Source: Akkermansiaceae bacterium (GTDB lineage Bacteria; Verrucomicrobiota; Verrucomicrobiia; Verrucomicrobiales; Akkermansiaceae). From it: a stretch of 42,538 bases of DNA. The notes below the pieces were generated by a model that saw only the letters and a program-made list of their open reading frames with translations, had not been told where the DNA came from and did no database searches. Of this stretch, positions 19,364-28,674 are shown in pieces. Position 1 is the first letter of the stretch, and the number at the start of each line of letters is the position of its first letter. A program made the position numbers and the translations under genes. The stretch is taken from positions 1-42,538 of the forward strand of contig JBPOGF010000026.1 in the NCBI GenBank assembly GCA_051251915.1, in the 5' to 3' direction.

Positions 19364-20830
19364 TTAGTTTTTAGCTCTGGGCTTGATGGTGAATTCGTCG
19401 AATTGGTAGTCTTCTACTGGGTAGGTGTTTGGTTCTTGGTCTTGTTCTCTTGGGGAGTGGATGTTGAAGTCTGATTCGGAGGTTTCTCCGTGGAGGAGTA
19501 GGCCGATGATGTTGAGGATGTCTTCATCGTCGTTGATGGTGAGACTATCTGAGCGGAGACCATTTTCAGGAATAACTAGGGTGTTGTAGTAGTGGTTGGC
19601 GCGGATGGTTGTGAGTGATGAGTTGATGTTCTGGGCCATTTCATCGAGGGCGAAATCTGAGTCTAGGTCGTAGTCGGCATCTTCTCTCATGGGGGTGCGC
19701 TCGCCCTTGGTGCGGGTGGTGCGTGGGATGAAGAGGGAGTCGGTGCCAGAGAGGAGGCCTACTGATGGGATGTTGAGTTTGGGTAAATTTAGATCCTCTG
19801 GGAGGTTGGCCATTTTACAGTCTGCGTAGCGTGCATTGATGAGTTCGAATACGGAGCGGACTTCAGCGCGGCGACCGCTGGAGACTTCTTGGAGGTAGCG
19901 GAAGCGAGCAAAGGAACGACGTGCGAAGTCGGCTGCTCTGCGATCGACAGCTTCTGACTGAGGCTCGACGCTGTCTAGCATGATGACGGCTTCTTGGAGG
20001 CCCTTGGCGATGCGGTAGGAGGCTTCGGAGTCGGTGAGTTCTGGTCGGCGCTTCTGGAGTTCTATTTCCATTTGGGCGACGATGGCAGGGCTGTGCTGGA
20101 TCTCGTTCAGCTTCTCTCTAACAAGAGGGAGGCGGATGGGGATATCTAGCGCGATGAGCTGTTTGTAACAACGTTGGCCGATGTTTTCTGAGAAGTCGTC
20201 GTAGAGGACTTGGAGGTTTTCTTTGAGCGTGTCTGATTTAAGCTGGCGCTGTGTGAGTCTGGCCATTCCCTGCTGGAGGGAGCGGAGTTCTTGGAGGCCG
20301 TAGCGGAGGTTGTCGATACAGGACTCTAGGTCTGAAAGCGGGTGCTGGGTGAAGGCGTCTGGGTCTTGGAGGCGGGAGCAGACTAGGTGGAGCTTGTCAG
20401 TGAAGGTGACTTGCTCTGGGTAGGCCATGCGGCGGAGGCAGTCGAGGAGGATTTCGGCACGGTTATCTAGGTAGTAGACGCGCTGGTAGTCGCTACGTTT
20501 GGGTTCTTCTAGCCACTTGCATTTGAGCATGTGGCGGAGCATGGATGAGGGAGTGATTTTATCCTCGATGGAATCTGGCATTTCCTCATCAGCGAAGAGA
20601 AGCGGGTCTGCTGCGGTGGGAGGGATTGTGGAAGAAGTGATAGGGGTCTCGGCAATGGTTTGTTCACAGAGTTGGATGAGTTCGTCACGGGTGAGTCCTA
20701 CGCCATGGCGGAGACGCTGGGTGGCTTCTATTTTGTCTAATGTGTCAATGTAGAGCTTGCCGTACCTGTGGGTTAGGACGGCAAAAAAGTCTGGCGGGGT
20801 GTCATCGAATATGTGGTTACTGAGGCTCAC
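19364..20830 (-). CDS. jetA: Wadjet JetA (MksF) kleisin, DUF5716-like
   Basis: N-terminus IFDDTPPDFFAVLT..Y.KLYID resembles DUF5716-type JetA; first gene of the jetABC cluster; GTG start. Confidence 0.83.
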   Translation of the reverse strand: MSLSNHIFDDTPPDFFAVLTHRYGKLYIDTLDKIEATQRLRHGVGLTRDELIQLCEQTIAETPITSSTIPPTAADPLLFADEEMPDSIEDKITPSSMLRHMLKCKWLEEPKRSDYQRVYYLDNRAEILLDCLRRMAYPEQVTFTDKLHLVCSRLQDPDAFTQHPLSDLESCIDNLRYGLQELRSLQQGMARLTQRQLKSDTLKENLQVLYDDFSENIGQRCYKQLIALDIPIRLPLVREKLNEIQHSPAIVAQMEIELQKRRPELTDSEASYRIAKGLQEAVIMLDSVEPQSEAVDRRAADFARRSFARFRYLQEVSSGRRAEVRSVFELINARYADCKMANLPEDLNLPKLNIPSVGLLSGTDSLFIPRTTRTKGERTPMREDADYDLDSDFALDEMAQNINSSLTTIRANHYYNTLVIPENGLRSDSLTINDDEDILNIIGLLLHGETSESDFNIHSPREQDQEPNTYPVEDYQFDEFTIKPRAKN

Positions 20831-21324
20831 AGAAATGACGATGATTGCTTTTATCGCTTTGCCAAATAATATTAGAGTAGGGGCTAAAGATTTGGCCGTA
20901 AGTGGTGTATTTTTATAAATGATGATGACTTCATGATGAATTTATGACGATTCATAAGAATTTTCATTAAGATTACTGTAGTCTTAACTTATATTAATGA
21001 GTAAGAAAAATTTATTAAATATCAAGTAGTGAGTTTGATGGCAACAAAGGAGAGAGAGCTGTATAGATGAAAGCTGTGGTTTGGAGTGAATTTCTCAATT
21101 GGTTGTAGTGTCGAGGGCTAGGGAAGGGAAGACTAGATATGGTGATAAGGCTTTATGGTGAGGTCAGCCATGCCTTGATGATGTGTTTTTTATATCTGTA
21201 TAACATATTGAGGTTAATGTGTTATGGTTGTCTTTAAGAAGAGAACTTTATCTGTATTATTATATTTTAATTCTGTTCAAGTTAAGATGAATCTGTAGAT
21301 TAGCCGGAATACTTAATCGTACTC

Positions 21325-24300
21325 ATGATTTTAATGAATCTATTTAAAAGAAAAATCTCTAATAATAGTAACCCACTAAGCGGGAATCCTTCCATGGGAA
21401 GAACGACTACCTTACGGTGTTTACTTACGGGAATCGTAACTTTACAGCTTTCTGTGCTCACTGTTTTTTCTCAACTCGACTCTGGTTTGTTAGGTTACTG
21501 GCCATTGGACGGGAACTATTTGGATGCTTCTTCTACAGGAGCACATGGCACCTTCAACGGCACTGCTGCTGCGGACTTCAATGATACTAATGATGGAACT
21601 AGCCCTGCCAAGTTTGGACAAGCGATCAATTTAAATGGTGTTGATCAGTTTATCGAGATCACTGGAGTGCCAGGAGCTACCTTCAGTCCTGCGAGTGGGA
21701 ATGTTACAATTTCTGCTTGGTTTAGTACGCCAGGGTTCGATACGAGCAATCAAACTCTGATTGGCAAGGGCGAAGGAAATGCCTGGCGTGTGGCTCGTAA
21801 GACGACGAATGACGGTCTATACTACGCTGGAGGTTCGGGTGATGCCGTAAGTAGTGTGGATGTGAATGATGGGAACCTTCATCACGTGGTGGCAGTTACT
21901 GAAAACGGTGTCAGTACACGGCTTTGGATTGACGGTGTGTTGGCTGTTGCTGGTGGGGTTCCTACCTTGGAACAGGGTGTGGCGACGGAGATGATGATTG
22001 GCAACAATCCTGATCAAACCGGCCGTGATTGGAAAGGGATTATTGATGATGTAGCGGTTTGGGATCGGGTGTTGAGTCCGAGTGAAATTGCTCAGATTTG
22101 GAATGGAGGGACTGGGGCGACGATTGCAGATTTGATCGAGGATGATGCGGATGGCGATGGGCTCACTGATGACGAGGAAAGTGGAACTACGATGACTAAC
22201 CCAGATGTAGCTGACACGGATTTGGATGGGATGGATGATGGTGTGGAAGTGGCTCTTGGCTATGATCCTCTATCCGCGTCTAGCACGCCACCAGCTGGAA
22301 GTTCGCTGTCTGGGATATCAGCTCCTGGTGTGGTAGGACACTATATAGATACATTGCCTTCGAGCACACCAGGAGGAGGTTCTGGGACATGGGCGGTGGA
22401 AGATGCATTGCCTGGTATCACTTTTTCATCACTCAAAGGTGTGGTTTCTGAACCTAGATCTAACTACATCTACGTCTATGAACGGCAAGGAACGATACAG
22501 CGTCTTGATTACTCAAGTGCTAGCCCAAGCAAAGATCAGGTTTTTGATATCTCGGATGATATTGTGCTGGGTGACAACGGTGGATTGCGTACCGTGGTAT
22601 TTCATCCGGAGTTTAACTTGGCAGGATCACCGAATAAGGACTTTGTTTACATGTTCTATACAACTAGGGCTACTGCTGCTAGGGGGTTCATCAATGGTGA
22701 TAACTCGAATTTCTATAGGGTGTCACGCTTCGAGCGAGCAGCGAATGGATCTATACCTAGAAGCAGTGAGTTGGTGATGATGCAGCAGAAGTCGAGAGAC
22801 AATATGCAGCACTTTGGCGGTGGAATGGTCTTCGGTAAAGATGGCTTCCTCCACATTGGCTGGGGCGATTTGGAGTATGATAGCAATGATCTAGGCGTTC
22901 CGTTTTATCAGGACGTCCAACGGATTGATCGTATTTTCCAAGGTGCAATCCTACGGATAGATGTGAATCAGGATGCAGCGACTAGCGACGCCCCTACGCG
23001 CACTCTTCAGGGAAACTCTGGCCCGAATGCGATGGCTGGAACCAGTCAAAGCTGCTTATCTACTCACAACTATTATCACGTCGATAACCATTCGGGCGTT
23101 GGTTACTTTATTCCTCGTAGTAATTTCTGGCATGCATCGAATAATGTTCCTGCGGCTGGGAGTGCTGGTACCTCTGAGGGGGTAGCTTATCCGGCCCACG
23201 GTCCGGCGCTTGAGGAGCATGTTGCGGTTGGTGCACGAAACCCGTGGCGTCTGTTCGCAGATCCAGTGGACGGAGACATCGCTTGGGCTAATGTGGGATC
23301 AAACCAGGCTCCTAAAATCGAGGAAACTGAGGTTCTCACTCATTTTCAGGCAGGGATAGTTGGCGGGAGTAATCATGGCTGGCCATATGAGGAGGGGGGA
23401 ATATCTAAGACTTATGAGACAGGTCGTGACCTACCTCCTGGGGGAGATAGCTTTTCTCCAGTTTATCTGGGTACTGAGGTTGAACCGATACATACGCATC
23501 AGAGCCGGACAGCTGTGGGAGGTGTTTTTTACCGAGGTAGTACGATGAGTCAACTGACTGGGGAACTCGTTGTAGGAGACCATAATTCAGGTGAGATATG
23601 GTCGATTGATTACAAGGGGGGAGGCTCACCGGTAGTGACAGCGCTAATTGATACCAGCGAGAGTATTCGTCAGATGGCAGCAAGTCCGGATGGGGAGGGA
23701 ATCTTGCTAGCAACTGCAAACAATGTGTATCGTCTCATCGACAGCTCTCCGGTTGTTGCAGAGCCTCCGGCTACTCTTTCGGCTACAGGTTTCTTTACAG
23801 ACCTAACGAGCCTAACCCCGCGAGCTGGGGCCATACCGTATGATTTGATAGCGCCGCTTTGGTCTGATGGGGCTAAGAAGGAGCGCTTTTTCACTGTTCC
23901 TAATGATTTGGGGGTAGCTGGGGAGTATGACCAAGCTGATGAAAAAATCGCATTTTATGAAAGTGGTTCATGGGGCTTTCCGGTAGGGACTGTGCTTGTG
24001 AAGCACTTCACACTGCCTCTCTTCGAGGGAGATCCAGACAATCCTGCGCTCCAGCATAAGGTGGAGACACGCTTCTTGGTGCATGGGGAGGACGGAGAAT
24101 ACTACGGCTTTACCTATAAGTGGAAGGATGACCAAACGGATGCCGATTTAATACCATCCGGTGACACTTCATCGTATGATCAGGAATACACCATTACACG
24201 GGATGACAACTCAGTATACGACCTGACTTGGAAGTGGCCGAGCCGTAGTAGTTGTTTCGACTGTCACCAGCAGGCGGCGGGTATTGTTCTGGGACCTAGG

Positions 24301-25179
24301 ACTGTTCAGTTGAATAAGGCTATTGATTATCCGTCTGGGAGTAGAGCTAACCAGTTGGCGACGATGAATAGTCTGAAGATCTTAGATCCGTCTCTGAGCC
24401 TTCCGGCCATAGCGACCTATCCGAAAGCGGCAAACATTTCAGATCCTACGGCTACTAGGGAGCATCGAGTGCGCTCATATATGTCATCAAATTGTGCCCA
24501 CTGCCACCAGCCTGGGGCTGATGCTGGACGCGCGGATTTTGATGTCCGTTATAGTACTCCGCTTGCGATGACTGGTATGATCAACGGAGCTCCAAAAGCT
24601 GGCAATCTAGGTCTGAGCAACCCGGAGCTTATTAAGCCTGGAGACTACATTAACTCCTTGATTTACCATCGGGACGATTCGCTTGATCCTGCGATCATGA
24701 TGCCCGAAATTGCTAGGACTACTGTGGACGAGGTTTATATTGATGTTCTCCTCAGATGGATTGAGCGCATGGGCTATCCTAATTTTGATCTAGCCATGAC
24801 TGCAGGTGGGGTTGCTGGAGGGCTTCACGATGATGACGATGGTGATGGACTTACAAACAAAGAAGAGTATCTCTTTGGTTCCGATCCGTTGGAGCCTAAC
24901 TACGGACCGAGCTTTACCCTGTCTGATATAAATGGAGTAGTTACCGCAAATATTGCGCTGAACGGAGATGCACTCGCTGACGGCATTAACCTCAATGTTT
25001 GGGACAGCAGTGATCTCTTGACGTGGTTATCTGCTGGAACGCCAGGCAGTCTATTGATACCGGTCAGTGACGACTCAGGGCCGGGAGTGGACGGTAATCA
25101 GATTTGGCAGTTTGCCTCAGGTCCTGGTGGCTTTATGAGGCTTGAAGTAATCCCCTTGAAACCAGAAGAAACCCCCTAA
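21325..25179 (+). CDS. Large secreted multidomain protein: LamG + Ca-binding repeats + PQQ-dependent (GSDH-like) beta-propeller + diheme cytochrome c domain
   Basis: LLGYWPLDG...HHVVAV...GIIDDVAVWDRVLS (LamG); DADGDGLTDDEE; HFGGGMVFGKDGFLHIGWGD and GARNPWR (GSDH); PLWSDGAKKER, CFDCH and CAHCH (two CxxCH); C-terminal DDDGDGLTNKEEYLFGSDP...FMRLEV. Start could be 21394. Confidence 0.88.
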   Translation: MILMNLFKRKISNNSNPLSGNPSMGRTTTLRCLLTGIVTLQLSVLTVFSQLDSGLLGYWPLDGNYLDASSTGAHGTFNGTAAADFNDTNDGTSPAKFGQAINLNGVDQFIEITGVPGATFSPASGNVTISAWFSTPGFDTSNQTLIGKGEGNAWRVARKTTNDGLYYAGGSGDAVSSVDVNDGNLHHVVAVTENGVSTRLWIDGVLAVAGGVPTLEQGVATEMMIGNNPDQTGRDWKGIIDDVAVWDRVLSPSEIAQIWNGGTGATIADLIEDDADGDGLTDDEESGTTMTNPDVADTDLDGMDDGVEVALGYDPLSASSTPPAGSSLSGISAPGVVGHYIDTLPSSTPGGGSGTWAVEDALPGITFSSLKGVVSEPRSNYIYVYERQGTIQRLDYSSASPSKDQVFDISDDIVLGDNGGLRTVVFHPEFNLAGSPNKDFVYMFYTTRATAARGFINGDNSNFYRVSRFERAANGSIPRSSELVMMQQKSRDNMQHFGGGMVFGKDGFLHIGWGDLEYDSNDLGVPFYQDVQRIDRIFQGAILRIDVNQDAATSDAPTRTLQGNSGPNAMAGTSQSCLSTHNYYHVDNHSGVGYFIPRSNFWHASNNVPAAGSAGTSEGVAYPAHGPALEEHVAVGARNPWRLFADPVDGDIAWANVGSNQAPKIEETEVLTHFQAGIVGGSNHGWPYEEGGISKTYETGRDLPPGGDSFSPVYLGTEVEPIHTHQSRTAVGGVFYRGSTMSQLTGELVVGDHNSGEIWSIDYKGGGSPVVTALIDTSESIRQMAASPDGEGILLATANNVYRLIDSSPVVAEPPATLSATGFFTDLTSLTPRAGAIPYDLIAPLWSDGAKKERFFTVPNDLGVAGEYDQADEKIAFYESGSWGFPVGTVLVKHFTLPLFEGDPDNPALQHKVETRFLVHGEDGEYYGFTYKWKDDQTDADLIPSGDTSSYDQEYTITRDDNSVYDLTWKWPSRSSCFDCHQQAAGIVLGPRTVQLNKAIDYPSGSRANQLATMNSLKILDPSLSLPAIATYPKAANISDPTATREHRVRSYMSSNCAHCHQPGADAGRADFDVRYSTPLAMTGMINGAPKAGNLGLSNPELIKPGDYINSLIYHRDDSLDPAIMMPEIARTTVDEVYIDVLLRWIERMGYPNFDLAMTAGGVAGGLHDDDDGDGLTNKEEYLFGSDPLEPNYGPSFTLSDINGVVTANIALNGDALADGINLNVWDSSDLLTWLSAGTPGSLLIPVSDDSGPGVDGNQIWQFASGPGGFMRLEVIPLKPEETP

Positions 25180-25182
25180 TAG

Positions 25183-26073
25183 ATGATGTTAGATTTTAGA
25201 AAAACCACTGTGCAAGCAGGGATGATTGTTTTGCTCGCAGGAGCTTTAGTTGCGGCCATTCTGATTCAGAGGCAAGGCAACCAGAAGGAGCTTGCGTCTC
25301 AGTTGGAGGAAACAGAAGTAGGTGTTACAGATGATTCAGTTCAACTTGGTAATCATCATGTGGAGGTAGCGAGTGGTGCAGCGCCACCTATGGATACGGC
25401 TCCGAAGTCATTAAAGCTAACGGAAACTCCGAGTTCACGTCAGGCAATCAGCGAGGCGCCACTCATTCCAGCGACCTCAAAGTCGTCGGTCGAAACCAAT
25501 CCTCAGATATCACGTCAGAGGGTCAGTAAGGAATTACCACTTCCCGCGCAGCTAGAGTCAGAGGGCGCAATGGATCCTCAGAGATCACGTCAGGGAATGG
25601 TTAAGGAATCAACTATTTCAACGACTCCCAAGTCAGCGAATGGAATTGATTCTCGGATATCACGGCTGGCAATCAGCAAGGTGAAAACTCGTGAAGAAGC
25701 TGTTGAGCTACACCGGATCATTACACTGCGCTTTCTTGGTCAGCTTGAAAAATTTTCATCATCGACAAGTAATCAGGCGCGGATGCGCCGGGATCTGGAA
25801 GAGACAGCAGACAGGTACTATCTGCTGCGAAAGGTTACAAAGATGCATAAAATGGAACCGTTAGGTGGTGAGTCACTGCTTGAGTCAGAGCGGAAACGAG
25901 TTGAGAAACTGGTGACTGTTTTGGGATATTCCACGCCTGCGGCACGGGCGGCAGAAGACGCATTTTCCAAATTTGATCTGCTGAATGATGAGCATATTGT
26001 TCATACGTTACGGAAGTGGCTTGGGGAGGCTCCTGAAACAGGTGCTTCGGAACCGGATGGTATGGAACCTTAA
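25183..26073 (+). CDS. Hypothetical membrane-anchored protein
   Basis: N-terminal TM helix, S/P/T-rich linker, helical C-terminal domain; starts 3 bp after the previous stop, so probably co-transcribed. Confidence 0.75.
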   Translation: MMLDFRKTTVQAGMIVLLAGALVAAILIQRQGNQKELASQLEETEVGVTDDSVQLGNHHVEVASGAAPPMDTAPKSLKLTETPSSRQAISEAPLIPATSKSSVETNPQISRQRVSKELPLPAQLESEGAMDPQRSRQGMVKESTISTTPKSANGIDSRISRLAISKVKTREEAVELHRIITLRFLGQLEKFSSSTSNQARMRRDLEETADRYYLLRKVTKMHKMEPLGGESLLESERKRVEKLVTVLGYSTPAARAAEDAFSKFDLLNDEHIVHTLRKWLGEAPETGASEPDGMEP

Positions 26074-26406
26074 TCGTTTTTTTCGAATGGCTAGACTAAG
26101 TTTTTAACAATTATTAGGCAGTTAATAAGTTATATTTTAATTGGTTGTGTTTATTTTTTTCTTCGTTTCATGGTTTCGGGGGAACGGGGAGTGTTTGGGA
26201 TTTGTTTGAGCTGGAGCCTTAGTGACGGATGGTCTGCTGGGACTTGGGTGGAATATGGATGGTTGTGTGGGAGGATAGATAGGCTATGGAATGTTATTTG
26301 CTCAGGTATTCTTGCAGGGTTTATGAACTGTTATAAAAACCTCAGGTTAATTAGGGATGAATGTCATTGCCAAAAGGTGGATTAGAGGGTTGGATTCATT
26401 CATCTT

Positions 26407-27303
26407 ATGAGTGAGAAAAAATCTAAATCGAAGGTGTTTGCTGAGAGGTTGTTTAGTACGTTGTTGTTGTGGGGGGCGGTGACTGGGATGTTTCTGAGTG
26501 ATTCGCCTTGGGCGTTTGCTGGGTTTATGGTGTTGCTTGGTGTTGCGGCTAGTAGGGAGTATTATGCGATGGCGAAGAATGCGAATTTTCCGTGTCTTTA
26601 TAAGTGGGGTTTGGTAACGAGTGGGTTGTATTTATTGGGGGTTGGTTTTTTGTTGGCGAGTGAGGGGGCTGCGGCTCAGGAGAAGGTGGCTGCGCTGAGT
26701 GGTGCAGCGGTGGCATTTGTGGCGATTAGTTCGTTTATTATTCAGTTGAAGGATCCTATTGAGGGGGAGAAGTCGTTGGTGAGTGTGGCGTCTACGGTGA
26801 TTGGGTTTTTGTATATTGCGTTTTTGTTTGGGTTTATGGCGCGGCTTTGTTTTATCACGGACTCTGTGGATGGAGGGGTGTCTGGGAAGTGGCTGGTTAT
26901 TTGGGTTGTGGCGGTGACGAAATTTACTGATATGGGGGCTTATATTACTGGGTCATTGATTGGGAAGAATAAGATGATTCCGCATATTAGTCCGGGTAAG
27001 ACTTGGGAGGGATTTTTTGGGGCGTTGTTCTGGGCTCAGTTGGCTGGGTGTGGGTTGTATGCCTTGTTGCCTGGGGAGCTAGCGGTTCTTGGTGGTTGGC
27101 AGCATGTGATTATTTTAGGATTTATTCTGGCGTTGTTGGCAGTGGTGGGGGATTTGGCTGAGAGTATTATTAAACGGTGCTTGAATGCGAAGGATAGTGG
27201 GCAGACGTTGCCGGGGATTGGTGGGGCGTTGGACTTGATTGATAGTCTTTGCTTCACGGCGCCGGCGTTGTATTTCTATATTGTTTGGGTAATTGGAGTT
27301 TAA
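26407..27303 (+). CDS. cdsA: Phosphatidate cytidylyltransferase
   Basis: Multi-TM; DMGAYITG, SPGKTWEG, GDLAESIIKR, KDSG..LPGIGGALDLIDS signature. Confidence 0.96.
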   Translation: MSEKKSKSKVFAERLFSTLLLWGAVTGMFLSDSPWAFAGFMVLLGVAASREYYAMAKNANFPCLYKWGLVTSGLYLLGVGFLLASEGAAAQEKVAALSGAAVAFVAISSFIIQLKDPIEGEKSLVSVASTVIGFLYIAFLFGFMARLCFITDSVDGGVSGKWLVIWVVAVTKFTDMGAYITGSLIGKNKMIPHISPGKTWEGFFGALFWAQLAGCGLYALLPGELAVLGGWQHVIILGFILALLAVVGDLAESIIKRCLNAKDSGQTLPGIGGALDLIDSLCFTAPALYFYIVWVIGV

Positions 27304-27315
27304 TTAGATTTTAGT

Positions 27316-28497
27316 ATGTCAGTTAAAAAAGTAGTTTTACTTGGGTCGACTGGTTCTATTGGGACTAGTACGTTGAAGGTGGCGCAGGATATTCCTGAGC
27401 GGATGGAGTTAGTGGGGCTGGCTGCGGCGAATAGTGTGGAGGCGCTGGCGCGGCAGGTGGAGGAGACTGGGGTGAAGCATGTGGGGATCTATAATGCGGA
27501 GAGGGAGGCGGAGCTGCGTGCTCTTATTCCGGATGATGTGGTGGTACATGTGGGGCTGGAGGGGCTGATAGAGTTGGCGCAGCTTGAGGGGGCGGATATG
27601 GTTTTGGTAGCTATTGTGGGGATTGCTGGGTTACATCCGGCGTTTGCGGCGATTGATGCGGGTAAGGATTTGGCGGTGGCTAGTAAGGAAATTTTGGTGA
27701 TGGCTGGTGAGCTGGTGATGCGTGCGGCGCGGGAGAAGGGTGTGAAAATCTTACCTGTAGATAGTGAGCATAATGCTATTTTCCAGTGTCTAGATAAGGG
27801 CTTGCGCTCGGGCGGAGCCTCGCCCGCAGATAGTGAGAATAAGGAGATTTCACGTTTGATTCTTACGGCATCTGGAGGTCCGTTTAGGACGATGGATGCG
27901 GGGTTGTTAGAGGGGGTGAAGTTGGAGCAGGCATTGAAGCATCCAACTTGGGAGATGGGGCGGAAGATTACGATTGATTCGGCGACTTTGTTTAATAAGG
28001 GGCTGGAGATGATTGAGGCGCGGTGGTTGTTTGATGTGGAGATGGATAGGGTGGATGTGATTGTGCATCCGCAGAGCATTGTTCATTCGATGGTGGAGTT
28101 TGTGGATGGGAGTATTTTGGCGCAGTTGAGTACTACGGATATGTGTTTTCCAATTCAGTATGCGGTGACGTATCCGGAGAGGATGGCGAATGGGTTGAAG
28201 CCGCTGAACTTTGCGGAGCTTGGGAAGTTGGAGTTTGAGGCTCCGAGGCGGGATGTTTTTCCTGCGATTGATCTAGCTGTTAGAGCGGGGACTGAGGGGG
28301 GGACGTTGCCGGCGGTGTTGAATGCGGCGAATGAGGTGGCGGTGGATGCTTTTGTGGATGGGAGGATAGGGTTTACCGATATCTGGCGGGTGGTGGAGCA
28401 GACGATGGATGCTCATGTGTGGAATGCGGGGGAGACTTTGGAGGCGCTTATTGCTGCGGATGAGGATGCTCGGGAGTTGGCTACTGGATTTCTTTAA
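27316..28497 (+). CDS. dxr: 1-deoxy-D-xylulose 5-phosphate reductoisomerase
   Basis: LGSTGSIG, LPVDSEHNAIFQ, TASGGPF, HPTWEMGRKITIDSAT, NKGLEMIEA, NAANEVAV. Confidence 0.98.
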   Translation: MSVKKVVLLGSTGSIGTSTLKVAQDIPERMELVGLAAANSVEALARQVEETGVKHVGIYNAEREAELRALIPDDVVVHVGLEGLIELAQLEGADMVLVAIVGIAGLHPAFAAIDAGKDLAVASKEILVMAGELVMRAAREKGVKILPVDSEHNAIFQCLDKGLRSGGASPADSENKEISRLILTASGGPFRTMDAGLLEGVKLEQALKHPTWEMGRKITIDSATLFNKGLEMIEARWLFDVEMDRVDVIVHPQSIVHSMVEFVDGSILAQLSTTDMCFPIQYAVTYPERMANGLKPLNFAELGKLEFEAPRRDVFPAIDLAVRAGTEGGTLPAVLNAANEVAVDAFVDGRIGFTDIWRVVEQTMDAHVWNAGETLEALIAADEDARELATGFL

Positions 28498-28510
28498 GCT
28501 AGATCTTTTG

Positions 28511-28666
28511 ACCACGAATCTTCACTAATCTTCACGAATTTTGTGGACGATGAAGCCTTGGTTGATGGATTTTTTGAACCACGGAAAGCACTGAAGACAC
28601 GGAACAGGGATGATGGGTATTGAACTTGGGTTGTTGCTTGACTTGGCGGTTGGAAACCGCGGTCAC
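28511..28666 (+). repeat. Two ACC-(core)x3 modules plus a small REP-like hairpin in the convergent intergenic region
   Basis: ACCACGAATCTTCACTAATCTTCACGAAT at 28511, ACCACGGAAAGCACTGAAGACACGGAA at 28578, GCGGTTGGAAACCGC near 28646. Confidence 0.85.
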
Positions 28667-28674
28667 TTTGTGTG

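Noticed and set aside
15719..20753. Alternative-frame and antisense ORFs within jetABC
   Set aside because: Shadow ORFs caused by strong codon skew that depletes stops; fully overlapped by well-supported genes. The same applies to shadow ORFs in dxr, ABC-F, argG and the DEAD-box gene.
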